A DNA stretch of 64,000 bases from a bacterium (GCA_038109055.1 JAYNIM010000001.1:500631-564630); one strand, 5' to 3'. Positions 10,286-19,408 are shown, numbered from the stretch's first letter. The notes: generated from the sequence alone by a model not told the origin. Made by a program: numbers and translations.

Positions 10286-11098
10286 CTATGTGCTTGTAGT
10301 TGTTAAATCAAATTCTTCATCTAATGATTCTAATGAAATTGGATCTGCATCTAAAAAATCATTTTCTTCAAATAAATCTTCTTCAATACTATTTTCTATT
10401 AATTCCTCATTTGTACCTTTGATACTTTGCATATTCTTTGTTTCTGTAAGCTTATTTAATTCTGTTGTGCTTTGAAAACTATCCTTACGTTCTTTATTTT
10501 GATAGGATTCTTCTCTGTTATTACTTTCTTCTTTGCTACCTACCTCTATCTCATCGTTTTCATAAAATTGCATATATAATGCGTTGAATATACTTTCATC
10601 TAAAGGCGTGTTTTTTACTTTAGTATTTAGTATTCTTGATTTTTCATTTTCAGAGTAATGTTTTAGAATATTTTCTTGTTCTTGAAGGTCTAATTTAGTC
10701 AAAAAAAAGGCGATTGTTTGTACCTGTTCATTTTTTAATATCTCGGCAATTTCACTGTAGCTTCTCTGTGACCTGTCTGGATGACTATCTGCTACCTCTA
10801 ACAGGTCATCATCTTCTTCCGAAGTTTTTTCTTCTTCCTCTTCTTCCTCTATGTCATTTAAAAAATTGTCTTCCTGTATAAGACTCATATCTTCTGGTTG
10901 CTCTAGTGTAATATGATCTACTTCTTCAATAAATTCTGCTATTAATTGGTTTAGCTCTTTTTGAGATGGCATTGGAGGTTGTTCTATTTTTAACAACCTA
11001 GTTAAAGTATCTTGCCGCATGTGCTTTAAAACAGCCTCTGCTTGATTACCTAAAACAGATACTATAACCTTTGCTTTTATATGATTTTCTAGTGTCAC
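10286..11098 (-). CDS. fliG: FliG-like rotor protein: N and middle domains only, with an acidic low-complexity C-terminus
   Basis: Position directly after fliF. The N-domain KAKVIVSVLGNQAEAVLKHMRQDTLTRLL resembles FliG (AAILL.SLGEE.AAEVLKHL.E.EI..L). The middle region EILKNEQVQTIAFFLTKLDLQEQENILKHYSE resembles the EHPQTIA...L motif. Residues ~180-270 are Glu/Asp/Asn-rich with no recognisable C-domain. Confidence 0.55.
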   Translation of the reverse strand: MTLENHIKAKVIVSVLGNQAEAVLKHMRQDTLTRLLKIEQPPMPSQKELNQLIAEFIEEVDHITLEQPEDMSLIQEDNFLNDIEEEEEEEKTSEEDDDLLEVADSHPDRSQRSYSEIAEILKNEQVQTIAFFLTKLDLQEQENILKHYSENEKSRILNTKVKNTPLDESIFNALYMQFYENDEIEVGSKEESNNREESYQNKERKDSFQSTTELNKLTETKNMQSIKGTNEELIENSIEEDLFEENDFLDADPISLESLDEEFDLTTTST

Positions 11099-12588
11099 GT
11101 AAGTACCTCTTCTTTTAATAATTCTTCTAGAGCAGCTGCTATATGTTCTGGGTTTGATGTTGCTTTTTTCTTTAAGTCATCTATATTTCTTTCTTTTTGA
11201 ATCTCTTCTTTTAGTTGTTCAAATTTAGTGACTTCGTTTTGCTTTTTATTCAAAGAGCTACTGCCCTTTTTTCTTGACTTTAAGAAAAAATAAACCAAAG
11301 TTAAGCCCATAGACAACATGCCTATAACACCCCAACTTTCAAAATATTCAAAGATAGTTTTACTTTCATCTTTATAAAAAGGGGCTTTATTAAGAAAAAT
11401 AATATCACGCCCATCTTGATAGCCTATAATTGCGGCTATGGTAGAAAACACCTCTATTTTTTTTGCATCATCCAGCACAATATCTTCGTTATATTCATCG
11501 ACTATTATACTCACCGTTGTTCGTTTAATTTCGGCACTGTTACCGTCTTTTGATGCAGTAATTTCTGCATTTGCAGCTACCTTAAATGAATTTCTAGGAA
11601 AAACTCCAGCCAATTGTTTATTAATTTTACTTAATATATTATTTTCAAAATTTTCTTTTATTGTGAACCATTGTTTAATATTCTCAAAATTTGGAAGTAT
11701 TGGCTGCAATTCTTTTATTTCATCTGATTTTTCTTCTTTCTTTTTATCTAAGAGTCTATCTTTCTCAAAGACTTTTATTTTTTGTTCATTTTTTATTTCA
11801 TCTAAAATACCATAGGACAACTCAGTTCCTTGTGTGTCTACAACTGTTATATTTTTAAGACTTAAGCTTTCTACGGCTTTTGCGACGAGCTGCATAATAC
11901 TATAAACCATGGTTGTGGTTAATGTTTTACCAGGTGTTTTTCTAACCAAAATACTTGCTGTTACTGGGGGCTGTTTTGATATAAATAGACGCTCTTTAGG
12001 CATTACAATTTGAACTTTAGCATCTTCGATCATTTCCAAACTTGTAATGACTTTTTCGAGTTCTCCAGACAAGGCTCTTAAATAACGTACTTTCTTATCA
12101 AATTCTGTGACGCCTAAAGTTTGAGTATTGTCTAATAACTCATAGCCTTTAACAGCACCTGAAGGCAAGCCCTTTGTTGCGAGTAATACCTTTGCAGTTT
12201 CTAATTTTTTACTATCGACTGATAAACTAAAATTCTTTCCTTTTTGTGCCAAGGTAAATGAAATATTTGCAAAGCTTAATTCTTTAATGACTTGTGAGAC
12301 TTGTGTCGCTGGTAATTGTGGGTATAGAACCAGGTATTTTATTTTCTTATCCCGCTTGGTTTTTTTCTTTGTTTGAGATTGTGCCTCATTTTTCCCCTTA
12401 TTTCCCTCTAACCCAATGTCATCATTATCTAAATTAACATAAAATAATAGGCCTCCTATTATTAAGGCTGTCATAATAATGGCAGCCATCCATATATTTT
12501 TTTTATGAAATAACCTAGATGTTTTATCTTGTGTTAAGTTATTTAAATCTTCTTCTAAATCATCAATTATCAAATTTTCTTCTGCCAT
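11095..12588 (-). CDS. fliF: Flagellar MS-ring protein FliF
   Basis: Two TM segments (IWMAAIIMTALIIGGLLFYV; VIGMLSMGLTLVYFFL) flank a YscJ/FliF-type periplasmic domain (SQVIKELSFANISFTL, AKVLLATKGLPSG, YLRALSGELEKVITSLEMIEDAKVQIVMP). Confidence 0.85.
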   Translation of the reverse strand: MAEENLIIDDLEEDLNNLTQDKTSRLFHKKNIWMAAIIMTALIIGGLLFYVNLDNDDIGLEGNKGKNEAQSQTKKKTKRDKKIKYLVLYPQLPATQVSQVIKELSFANISFTLAQKGKNFSLSVDSKKLETAKVLLATKGLPSGAVKGYELLDNTQTLGVTEFDKKVRYLRALSGELEKVITSLEMIEDAKVQIVMPKERLFISKQPPVTASILVRKTPGKTLTTTMVYSIMQLVAKAVESLSLKNITVVDTQGTELSYGILDEIKNEQKIKVFEKDRLLDKKKEEKSDEIKELQPILPNFENIKQWFTIKENFENNILSKINKQLAGVFPRNSFKVAANAEITASKDGNSAEIKRTTVSIIVDEYNEDIVLDDAKKIEVFSTIAAIIGYQDGRDIIFLNKAPFYKDESKTIFEYFESWGVIGMLSMGLTLVYFFLKSRKKGSSSLNKKQNEVTKFEQLKEEIQKERNIDDLKKKATSNPEHIAAALEELLKEEVLT

Positions 12589-12594
12589 AACTAC

Positions 12595-13173
12595 CTAAAT
12601 TTGCATTGATATTAATTCTTTGAATGTTTGAGATGCAGTTGAAATAACCGTGGTTGCAAAGCTTATTGCTAAGTTTAATTTTGTCGTTTCAATCGATACC
12701 TCCTCGATTGATACTTTCCCTTCTACATATTTTTGCATAAGGTCATTTACTCTAAATTCTAACTGGCTAACACTGTTTAATGATTTAACGGCTTGTTCAC
12801 TAAAATACTGAAAAGGTGTGATCTCTAGTGCATGGTCAAAATTTAAATATTCTAATTTTTCCTCTTCTTTCGTTTCTGCATCAAATAGCTCTTTTGTTCT
12901 TTTTTTTCTATCTTGAATTGTTAAATTTGGATCATTTGCAGTTGCTGCTTGTGCAATTAAGACATGTTGATTTAAGTTAATTGGGTTATTTTGTATTGTT
13001 ACTTGTGGTAGTGGATTTTTTTCCTGAGTTTTATTATCCATTATTCCATCTAACAATAACTTAAACTCATTTTTTATTTCTGGTTTTACGATATTTTGCG
13101 CAAAGGATGTTGCTGATGTTGTGGGGTTTACGTTGTTAAGAGGGTTTATATTAAGGGGACTTATATTACTCAT
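12595..13173 (-). CDS. fliE: Flagellar hook-basal body protein FliE with a long N-terminal extension
   Basis: Position between flgC and fliF. The C-terminal ~80 aa fit the FliE pattern, ending ...ASQTFKELISMQI (compare ..AYQEIMRMQV). Confidence 0.6.
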   Translation of the reverse strand: MSNISPLNINPLNNVNPTTSATSFAQNIVKPEIKNEFKLLLDGIMDNKTQEKNPLPQVTIQNNPINLNQHVLIAQAATANDPNLTIQDRKKRTKELFDAETKEEEKLEYLNFDHALEITPFQYFSEQAVKSLNSVSQLEFRVNDLMQKYVEGKVSIEEVSIETTKLNLAISFATTVISTASQTFKELISMQI

Positions 13174-13174
13174 A

Positions 13175-13630
13175 TTATTTCATTAACTCTATTGCACTTT
13201 GATACATTGATTTGCTAACTTTTAATGCGGTTATGTTTGCCTCATATACGGCCTCTGTAAATGTTAATGTCATCATCTCATTAGGCAGATTAACATTTGG
13301 ATAATAAAAATAACCATTTTCATCCGCTTGAGGTGCGGCTGGATCAAAATAACGCCCGAAAGGTTCTGTACTTCTTTTTATTCCAGTTACTTTTACCCCG
13401 TCTTTAAATTTTTCTAGTTGAATATATTTCTTTTGATAAGGTAATCCTGTTTCTTCGTCTTTTAAAGTATTTAAGTTTGCAACATTTTCTGCGATAATCA
13501 TCATTTTTGTTCTCTGTGCTAAAATCCCCGATATATTTATAGAAAATGAATCATCTAAATTTGAAACTGCATAGACTGAGTATGATACGTATACTGTTAT
13601 TATACATATAATTGCCGTTATTCTATTCAT
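13175..13630 (-). CDS. flgC: Flagellar basal-body rod protein FlgC
   Basis: ISGILAQRTKMMIIAENVANLNT (rod-protein N-motif) and C-terminal NVNLPNEMMTLTFTEAVYEANITALKVSKSMYQSAIEL. A ~25 aa hydrophobic N-terminal extension is present. Confidence 0.85.
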   Translation of the reverse strand: MNRITAIICIITVYVSYSVYAVSNLDDSFSINISGILAQRTKMMIIAENVANLNTLKDEETGLPYQKKYIQLEKFKDGVKVTGIKRSTEPFGRYFDPAAPQADENGYFYYPNVNLPNEMMTLTFTEAVYEANITALKVSKSMYQSAIELMK

Positions 13631-14043
13631 TATTGTTTACCTAGTGTCACTACTTTTCTTAAATTCTCTACGCGTTTTTTATAAAGTGTATATAACGCTT
13701 GTTGCCGTTTGTTGTTTTCTGCAATTTTTCCCATAAAATGTTCTATCATTACTTTCGAAAAGTATGCTTTATCTTCTGTTTCAACATTAAACAAGCGCTC
13801 TAATTCGGCTCTATCTTCTGGTAATAAAATTGGCCTAAATTTTGGTGTTGTGGCATTTGCTATGTTGTATGAATATATCGCATGTTTTTGGTTACTATAT
13901 TTTATAGCACGCTCTAATACCATCCCTGTTGAATCTTCAAGTATATGTCCTTTTGTTTTACTTTTTGCTATATCTAGTTTTTGTGCTAGTAAGGACGTAG
14001 TTAAACTTATAAATATAGCTATTACCAGTATTCTCGCTATCAT
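13630..14043 (-). CDS. flgB: Flagellar basal-body rod protein FlgB
   Basis: LERAIKYSNQKHAIYSYNIANATTPKF parallels FlgB L.LRA.RQ.VLA.NIANADTPGY. Gene order is flgB-flgC-fliE. Hydrophobic N-terminal extension present. Confidence 0.7.
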   Translation of the reverse strand: MIARILVIAIFISLTTSLLAQKLDIAKSKTKGHILEDSTGMVLERAIKYSNQKHAIYSYNIANATTPKFRPILLPEDRAELERLFNVETEDKAYFSKVMIEHFMGKIAENNKRQQALYTLYKKRVENLRKVVTLGKQ

Positions 14044-14052
14044 ATTTTTTGT

Positions 14053-14778
14053 TTATATATAAATATCTTTTTCTTCTAATTCTAAATATCTCTTAATTAA
14101 TTTTAACGCTTCCATATGGACTCTGCAAACTTTGCTTTTGGACACCTTTAATTTCTCTGCAACTTCGTTTTGTTTCATGTTACTTTGATAAATTAATTGT
14201 ATAACTTCTTTCTTAGCTGATTCTAATTTATTCACAATATTCCATATATTTGTTGTACTTTCAATATACGCTTCTTCTATATCTCTTCCACACGTATTGG
14301 CGGTAGAAAATTTCTCTAAATCGTTGGTATTTAGTAGATAGGATACGGATGACTGTGTCACGATCTCATTTAATGTTTTTTCAAAACTTTGTCTATTTGC
14401 TTTATTTTTATCGTCGAGTATATTCTCCGTAATCTCCATCATTTTTTCTTGTATATTTTCTCTATATCTTGCGTATTCAGCAGGATTCTTTTGTTTCCAT
14501 TCCAACCTCAAATTATCCATTATCTGACCTTGAATACGATAATATGCGTAGGTTTTAAAATTAGATTCTTTTTTTTCTTTGTATTGCACTTTCGCTTTAA
14601 TCAAGCCTTCAATACCCCAACTGATTAAATCCTCTTTTTCAACACCTGAAGGTATTTTAGACTTCATAAATATTTTACTCGCAACTCCTTTAACTAGAAT
14701 TAAATGGTCATCGATAAATGCTTGTGATACTTGCTGTTGTAATATCTCTTCTTTGCTATTCATATTTATGTTAGTCAA
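14053..14778 (-). CDS. fliA: Flagellar sigma factor FliA (sigma-28 family)
   Basis: Region 2 EDLISWGIEGLIKAKVQYKEKKESNFKTYAYYRIQGQIMDNLR. Region 4 HTH MKQNEVAEKLKVSKSKVCRVHMEALKLIKRYL. Embedded in the flagellar operon. Confidence 0.8.
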   Translation of the reverse strand: MTNINMNSKEEILQQQVSQAFIDDHLILVKGVASKIFMKSKIPSGVEKEDLISWGIEGLIKAKVQYKEKKESNFKTYAYYRIQGQIMDNLRLEWKQKNPAEYARYRENIQEKMMEITENILDDKNKANRQSFEKTLNEIVTQSSVSYLLNTNDLEKFSTANTCGRDIEEAYIESTTNIWNIVNKLESAKKEVIQLIYQSNMKQNEVAEKLKVSKSKVCRVHMEALKLIKRYLELEEKDIYI

Positions 14779-15406
14779 TTAATTTTTGTTTTGTTTTGTG
14801 TATATATATGATATCTCTTTCTTCATTATAATCTATAGTATCAGATACGATTAAAAAAACAGATTCTTCTATTTTTTCATCTAAACTATTCTCTTGTGCT
14901 AATATACTTATACTCTTTTTTTGAATAGTGCTATTATTTTTATTTAACTCTACTCTTGAGACTATTCTAAAGGATTTTTCTGGGAATGCTTCTCTCAACT
15001 TTCTTTTTACTCTATTGGATAAATTGTTTTCTATATGTTCTTTCCGTGAGAGTGATGCATCTTTGGGCAAAAATTTTTCCTCAAACTTTAATAAATCCAT
15101 TTTTGCAAGTTTATCTGCCATTTCTTTAGCTAGCAGATCATTGATCATGTCACTTTGTGTCACATCTATATAATCGATATCTTCATCTATAAATATTTCC
15201 ATTTTTTTAAAAGCAGGTTCCGTTAAAATCTTCTTGATAAAAAAAGACTGCATAAACTGGACTGCTTCTTTTCTTGTTCTGGGTTTTTTATTATTATACA
15301 AACTTGAAGAATAATGATTAGCCGCTAATGGTATTCCTTCGTAACTCATTGATGGAATAGCATAACTAATAGCAATAATACCTATAATTATTATAATTTT
15401 GTTCAA
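14771..15406 (-). CDS. Flagellar-operon protein in the flgJ position: signal peptide, rod-binding-like segment and a FliF-like C-terminal segment
   Basis: Lies between flgI and fliA. KEAVQFMQSFFIKKILTE resembles the FlgJ rod-binding motif (..QFE..F...ML..M). The C-terminus (FPEKSFRIVSRVE...IDYNEERDIIYIHK) resembles FliF 11095-12588 (FPRNSFKVAANAE...IGYQDGRDIIFLNK). Confidence 0.4.
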   Translation of the reverse strand: MNKIIIIIGIIAISYAIPSMSYEGIPLAANHYSSSLYNNKKPRTRKEAVQFMQSFFIKKILTEPAFKKMEIFIDEDIDYIDVTQSDMINDLLAKEMADKLAKMDLLKFEEKFLPKDASLSRKEHIENNLSNRVKRKLREAFPEKSFRIVSRVELNKNNSTIQKKSISILAQENSLDEKIEESVFLIVSDTIDYNEERDIIYIHKTKQKLID

Positions 15407-16476
15407 ATGATTTCAATGTTTGCTATCAGTGCGCCTGCTTCTTTTAGTGCTTGTATAATTGAAATTAAATCTCTTGGAGAAGCACCAATTTCATTTAAAG
15501 TATCTACTAAGCTTGATAGTGTTTCGTTTGATTTTAAATATACTAACTTTTTCTTCTCTTCATCAATTTCTAACTGATTTTGCTGATCTGATATTGCACC
15601 TGCTTGTGGTTCTGTAATTCGAATAGATACAGCCCCATGTGTCAAGGCTACAGGGCTTAAACGCACCATTTCTCCAATTACAATGGTACCTGTTCTTTCA
15701 TTAATGACAATTTTTGCTGATTGGTCAGGCTTTACTGAAATATTTTCTAATTTTGCAATGGTACTAATTAAATTTGCTGAATTCAAATCTGTTAATGGTA
15801 TTTTAATTTGTCTAGCATCTAATGCTTTTGCACCTAAAAAGCCCTCATCATGGATGGCATTAACTGCACGATCTATAGTTATAAAATTTGAATCATTTAA
15901 AACAATGGAGATATTGTGCACATCTGTAAAGGTGACGGGAACTTCTTTTTCTACAATGGCCCCATCTGTGATAATTCCAACTGTTGGTTTGTTTTTAGCA
16001 TACATAATGGTACTTGAACGCTGTGCTGCACCTCCCACTACAACCGAACCTTGGCCAACAGCATAAACTCTCATATCAGCACCTTTCAAGGGGGTCATCA
16101 ATAAGGTACCTCCATCTAAACTAGATGCATCTCCGAGTGCTGATACCGTTAGTGAAATCCGTTGTCCTGACTTTACAAATGCGGGTAGGGTTGCTGTCAC
16201 CATCACGGCTGCCGTGTTTCGTATATTACCAACACTACCTACTTGTACACCCATTTTAACTAATAAATTTCTCAGTGCAGTTGGTGTAAAAAAGGTATTT
16301 CGACTGTCACCAGTACTTTTCAATCCAACCACTAAGCCAAATCCAATTAATTGGTTATCTCTCATTTCTACAATTTTTGAAATATCTTTTAACCTTACTT
16401 CTACAGCAAAGCTTGCTGTAGTAAAGCTAAATAATACTAGTAGTAACAATGCTCGTTTCATTTTTAAAATACCCAA
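15403..16476 (-). CDS. flgI: Flagellar P-ring protein FlgI
   Basis: Signal peptide followed by RLKDISKIVEMRDNQLIGFGLVVGLKSTGD and full-length FlgI-like sequence, ending ...LKEAGALIANIEII. Confidence 0.9.
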   Translation of the reverse strand: MGILKMKRALLLLVLFSFTTASFAVEVRLKDISKIVEMRDNQLIGFGLVVGLKSTGDSRNTFFTPTALRNLLVKMGVQVGSVGNIRNTAAVMVTATLPAFVKSGQRISLTVSALGDASSLDGGTLLMTPLKGADMRVYAVGQGSVVVGGAAQRSSTIMYAKNKPTVGIITDGAIVEKEVPVTFTDVHNISIVLNDSNFITIDRAVNAIHDEGFLGAKALDARQIKIPLTDLNSANLISTIAKLENISVKPDQSAKIVINERTGTIVIGEMVRLSPVALTHGAVSIRITEPQAGAISDQQNQLEIDEEKKKLVYLKSNETLSSLVDTLNEIGASPRDLISIIQALKEAGALIANIEII

Positions 16477-17072
16477 TTAAATATCCTACTTATTATTCCT
16501 GGATTCTGCTTGGCTGCAACTGGTCCCCCTCTACCGCTTACTGAAACCTCAGCTTTTGCAATTTGATACGAAAAAATAGTATTCTTTGGAGTCACATCTG
16601 CAGGCCGCACAATCCCAGATACTCGAATAGTTTCGATGTCATGATTCACTTTAACCTTGTGTTCTCCCACTACAAATAAATTCCCGCTCTTTAACACTTC
16701 TGTCACAATTGCCGTTATAATTGCCTTTACGTTGCTTTTTCTCGTCGTTTGTCCATTGCCTTGATATCTATCACCCCCGCCTATAGAGATATCTCGTTTT
16801 TTCCTCACTCGTTCATTGCCTAATAAATTAGCCACTTGATCCCAATTGTCTGCAAGTGATGAGGTTAGTGAGGTTGTTTTTCCTGAAGAGGTGCTCGCCT
16901 GTTGTACAGCGGAGGTGGATTCGGATACGTAGATAGTAACGATATCCCCCACTGAAATTCTTCGTCGCGATGGTTGGTATATGCCTTCACTATAGGTTCT
17001 CCATAATGAATCTGCCCCAATAGATGTTGTTACTAAGATTAATAAACTAATCAATATAAATATTTTTTTCAT
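16464..17072 (-). CDS. flgH: Flagellar L-ring protein FlgH
   Basis: Signal peptide, SLW....RR..VGDIVTIYVSE, then ITAIVTEVLKSGNLFVVGEHKVKVNHDIETIRVSGIVRPADV, the typical FlgH core. Confidence 0.85.
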   Translation of the reverse strand: MKKIFILISLLILVTTSIGADSLWRTYSEGIYQPSRRRISVGDIVTIYVSESTSAVQQASTSSGKTTSLTSSLADNWDQVANLLGNERVRKKRDISIGGGDRYQGNGQTTRKSNVKAIITAIVTEVLKSGNLFVVGEHKVKVNHDIETIRVSGIVRPADVTPKNTIFSYQIAKAEVSVSGRGGPVAAKQNPGIISRIFNWVF

Positions 17073-17784
17073 CTATCACTTTTCCTTTTAATCGTTTTAG
17101 TGTTGATAATTTTGATGTTACCGGTATGTACCCACCTATTTGACCATCCGCTAATGCTTGTCCATCAACTTTTATTTGCCCCCATTTTTTATTTATTAAA
17201 ATTGATATAGGATCACCTTTTTGTATTGCTGGTTTTTCTTCTATGGCTAAATAATGTACCTGTGTATTTTTAGGAATACTACGTTTTGCTATTTTTCCTA
17301 TCATTTCTTCCTTAGTAAATATATAATTCTGCAGGGTTGATAATTTTGAATAAATTAATTTTTCTTTCATGATTAAATCAGACTCTGTAATCATTTTACC
17401 TCGTTGAATCAAGTGCTTTGTGACAGGCATTTTTGTGGTTGCTTCTATTTTTAATAAAAGGGTCTGTCTTTCTAGAAGAGTCCCCTGCCGGTCATAGAAA
17501 AAAATCGGCTGTATTTGAGTCCCCAGTAAATCGTTGATTTTAGGGTCTGGACATTTAAAATAACTGGCTTTTTCAGGTATATCTAATTTTGTTAAATCAA
17601 TTTTGAATGTCATTTTAAAGGTCATTAATTCTGCATTTATATTTCCCAGAACATGCTCTAATTTTTGTCGATAGACAGTTCTGACTTCTTTTTTGATATC
17701 TGCTAGACTCACCGCAGCATGAATCGTATTTATCGCTAGACTCACAATCAAACTAATAATAAAAAAAAGCCTACTTAATGTCAC
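17047..17784 (-). CDS. flgA: Flagellar P-ring assembly chaperone FlgA
   Basis: Signal peptide and C-terminal SAF/FlgA pattern (IAKRSIPKNTQV....IQKGDPISILINKKWGQIKVDGQALADGQIGGYIPV). Position upstream of flgH/flgI. Confidence 0.7.
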   Translation of the reverse strand: MTLSRLFFIISLIVSLAINTIHAAVSLADIKKEVRTVYRQKLEHVLGNINAELMTFKMTFKIDLTKLDIPEKASYFKCPDPKINDLLGTQIQPIFFYDRQGTLLERQTLLLKIEATTKMPVTKHLIQRGKMITESDLIMKEKLIYSKLSTLQNYIFTKEEMIGKIAKRSIPKNTQVHYLAIEEKPAIQKGDPISILINKKWGQIKVDGQALADGQIGGYIPVTSKLSTLKRLKGKVIDEKNIYID

Positions 17785-18568
17785 TTCCAGCCTTTAGCAT
17801 ATCATCGGATGCTTTCATTGCTTTAATAACCGTTTCAAAGGAACGTTGACACATCAGCATTTCCATCATTTCAGAGATAATATCTACATTTGAAAATTCC
17901 AATGATCGTTGCCTGATAGACCCCATGCCCTGTTCACCCGGTATAATTAATTGTGGATCCCCAGAGCTTTCTGTTTCTTGCATTAAATTTTGGCCAATAT
18001 CTTTTAAACCTTCTGGATTCATAAACTTTGCTAAGACCATCTGTCCAATTTCTTGTTGTTGAGTATCTCCATCTAATAAGGCAAAAATTCGGCCTTCTTG
18101 ATTCACAATAATTTCTCTTGCTTCTAAAGGGATAGTTAATGGTGGATCTAAGGGATGTCCGCTAGAATTTAATACTCTTCCTTGACTGTCTACATGAAAA
18201 TTTCCTGCTCGACTATAAGCGGCGCTTCCATCTGGCAATTGAAACTGAAACATACCATTCCCTTCGATTGCCATATCCATTTGCCTGTTTGTTACTTCGA
18301 TTGTTCCAGTACTAAAGTTCTTTGTAATACCCACGAACCGAACACCTTGACCAAACTCGATATATTTTTTTCTACGTTTGCTGCTACCTGTTTCTTCATC
18401 AGACTCCGTCACAGCTCTTTCAAAAATTAATGGAAACAAACTTTCCATCTCTAAGCGTCTTTCCTTATATCCTGGTGTTTGTGCATTTGAGATATTATTT
18501 GTAATAACCTGCATTTTTCGTTGAAACGAATATAATGCTGATTTTGCCATATGTAATTGAGATAACAT
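17771..18568 (-). CDS. flgG: Flagellar distal rod protein FlgG
   Basis: MAKSALYSFQRKMQVITNNISNAQTPGYK N-motif and C-terminal LEFSNVDIISEMMEMLMCQRSFETVIKAMKASDDML. Confidence 0.9.
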   Translation of the reverse strand: MLSQLHMAKSALYSFQRKMQVITNNISNAQTPGYKERRLEMESLFPLIFERAVTESDEETGSSKRRKKYIEFGQGVRFVGITKNFSTGTIEVTNRQMDMAIEGNGMFQFQLPDGSAAYSRAGNFHVDSQGRVLNSSGHPLDPPLTIPLEAREIIVNQEGRIFALLDGDTQQQEIGQMVLAKFMNPEGLKDIGQNLMQETESSGDPQLIIPGEQGMGSIRQRSLEFSNVDIISEMMEMLMCQRSFETVIKAMKASDDMLKAGSDIK

Positions 18569-18586
18569 AATTAAACTCCTTTTATT

Positions 18587-19393
18587 TTAATTTGGTGCGG
18601 CAATTTGTGTCGCTGTATTGGCTGATCGTGCCAATACTTTAAGAACCTTTGCATTTGATTGATACCCATTTGTTGCATAGGTTATATCTCCTACTAAGGC
18701 TTTTACTACATTATTTTCTTCTATATGACCTTGTACAACTTTATAGTACTCAACCCCACTCAAAATTTCAGCCTCTTCTACTAGTACAAATACGGATCCA
18801 TTCAGTGAATTGAGCTTTTGCATTTCTTTATAGGAGGCAAATACCGCTACTTTTATACGATCTACTTCTTCACCATCTACGTATATCATTCCAGATCGTG
18901 ACACAACAACATCGCCTTTAGGCAAGTATATTGGCCCTTTATCACCTAATACGGGATAATTTCCGGCAACAGTGACTAAACGGTCACTCCCATCTCTCGT
19001 GAAGCGCCCATCTCGGGTATAACCCAGAGTTGTTTTTAATTGTATAACAAAAAAACCTTTACTCATCGCATCTATGTAAAAATCTAATGGTCTATGTGTT
19101 TCAACGACCGGACCTGCTCGCCAACGATAAAAAGGAATGGCATCTATTCGTTTCTCTCCATTCTTATCAATCATTCTTGAATTAAACGCGCCTGTTTCGA
19201 TAAAGCCTGGTGTGTTTACATTCATGGTGTAAAACAACCAATTACTCCACTGAATTTGAAAAGCCCTCATTGCTTGCATACTTCCATTAGCGGCAATATC
19301 TTGAATCTCACCATAATCCTCATAAGAAGAAAGGTTACTCGTTATGATAAGTAGACATACTATCAAGGTCTTTATTTTATTAATACCGTTCAT
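18587..19393 (-). CDS. flgF: Flagellar proximal rod protein FlgF
   Basis: NVNTPGF N-motif, GYTRDGRFTRDGSDRLVTVAGNYPVLG core, C-terminal IEENNVVKALVGDITYATNGYQSNAKVLKV. Upstream of flgG. Hydrophobic ~35 aa N-terminal extension. Confidence 0.7.
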   Translation of the reverse strand: MNGINKIKTLIVCLLIITSNLSSYEDYGEIQDIAANGSMQAMRAFQIQWSNWLFYTMNVNTPGFIETGAFNSRMIDKNGEKRIDAIPFYRWRAGPVVETHRPLDFYIDAMSKGFFVIQLKTTLGYTRDGRFTRDGSDRLVTVAGNYPVLGDKGPIYLPKGDVVVSRSGMIYVDGEEVDRIKVAVFASYKEMQKLNSLNGSVFVLVEEAEILSGVEYYKVVQGHIEENNVVKALVGDITYATNGYQSNAKVLKVLARSANTATQIAAPN

Positions 19394-19408
19394 TTATCTC
19401 TATTCTCA

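Noticed and set aside
11438-16066. Antisense ORFs of 80-127 aa within the flagellar genes (11438-11815, 13709-14062, 14389-14782, 14928-15173, 15683-16066)
   Set aside because: Each lies opposite a well-supported flagellar CDS in AT-rich DNA, where stop codons are rare on the antisense strand. I recognised no motifs.
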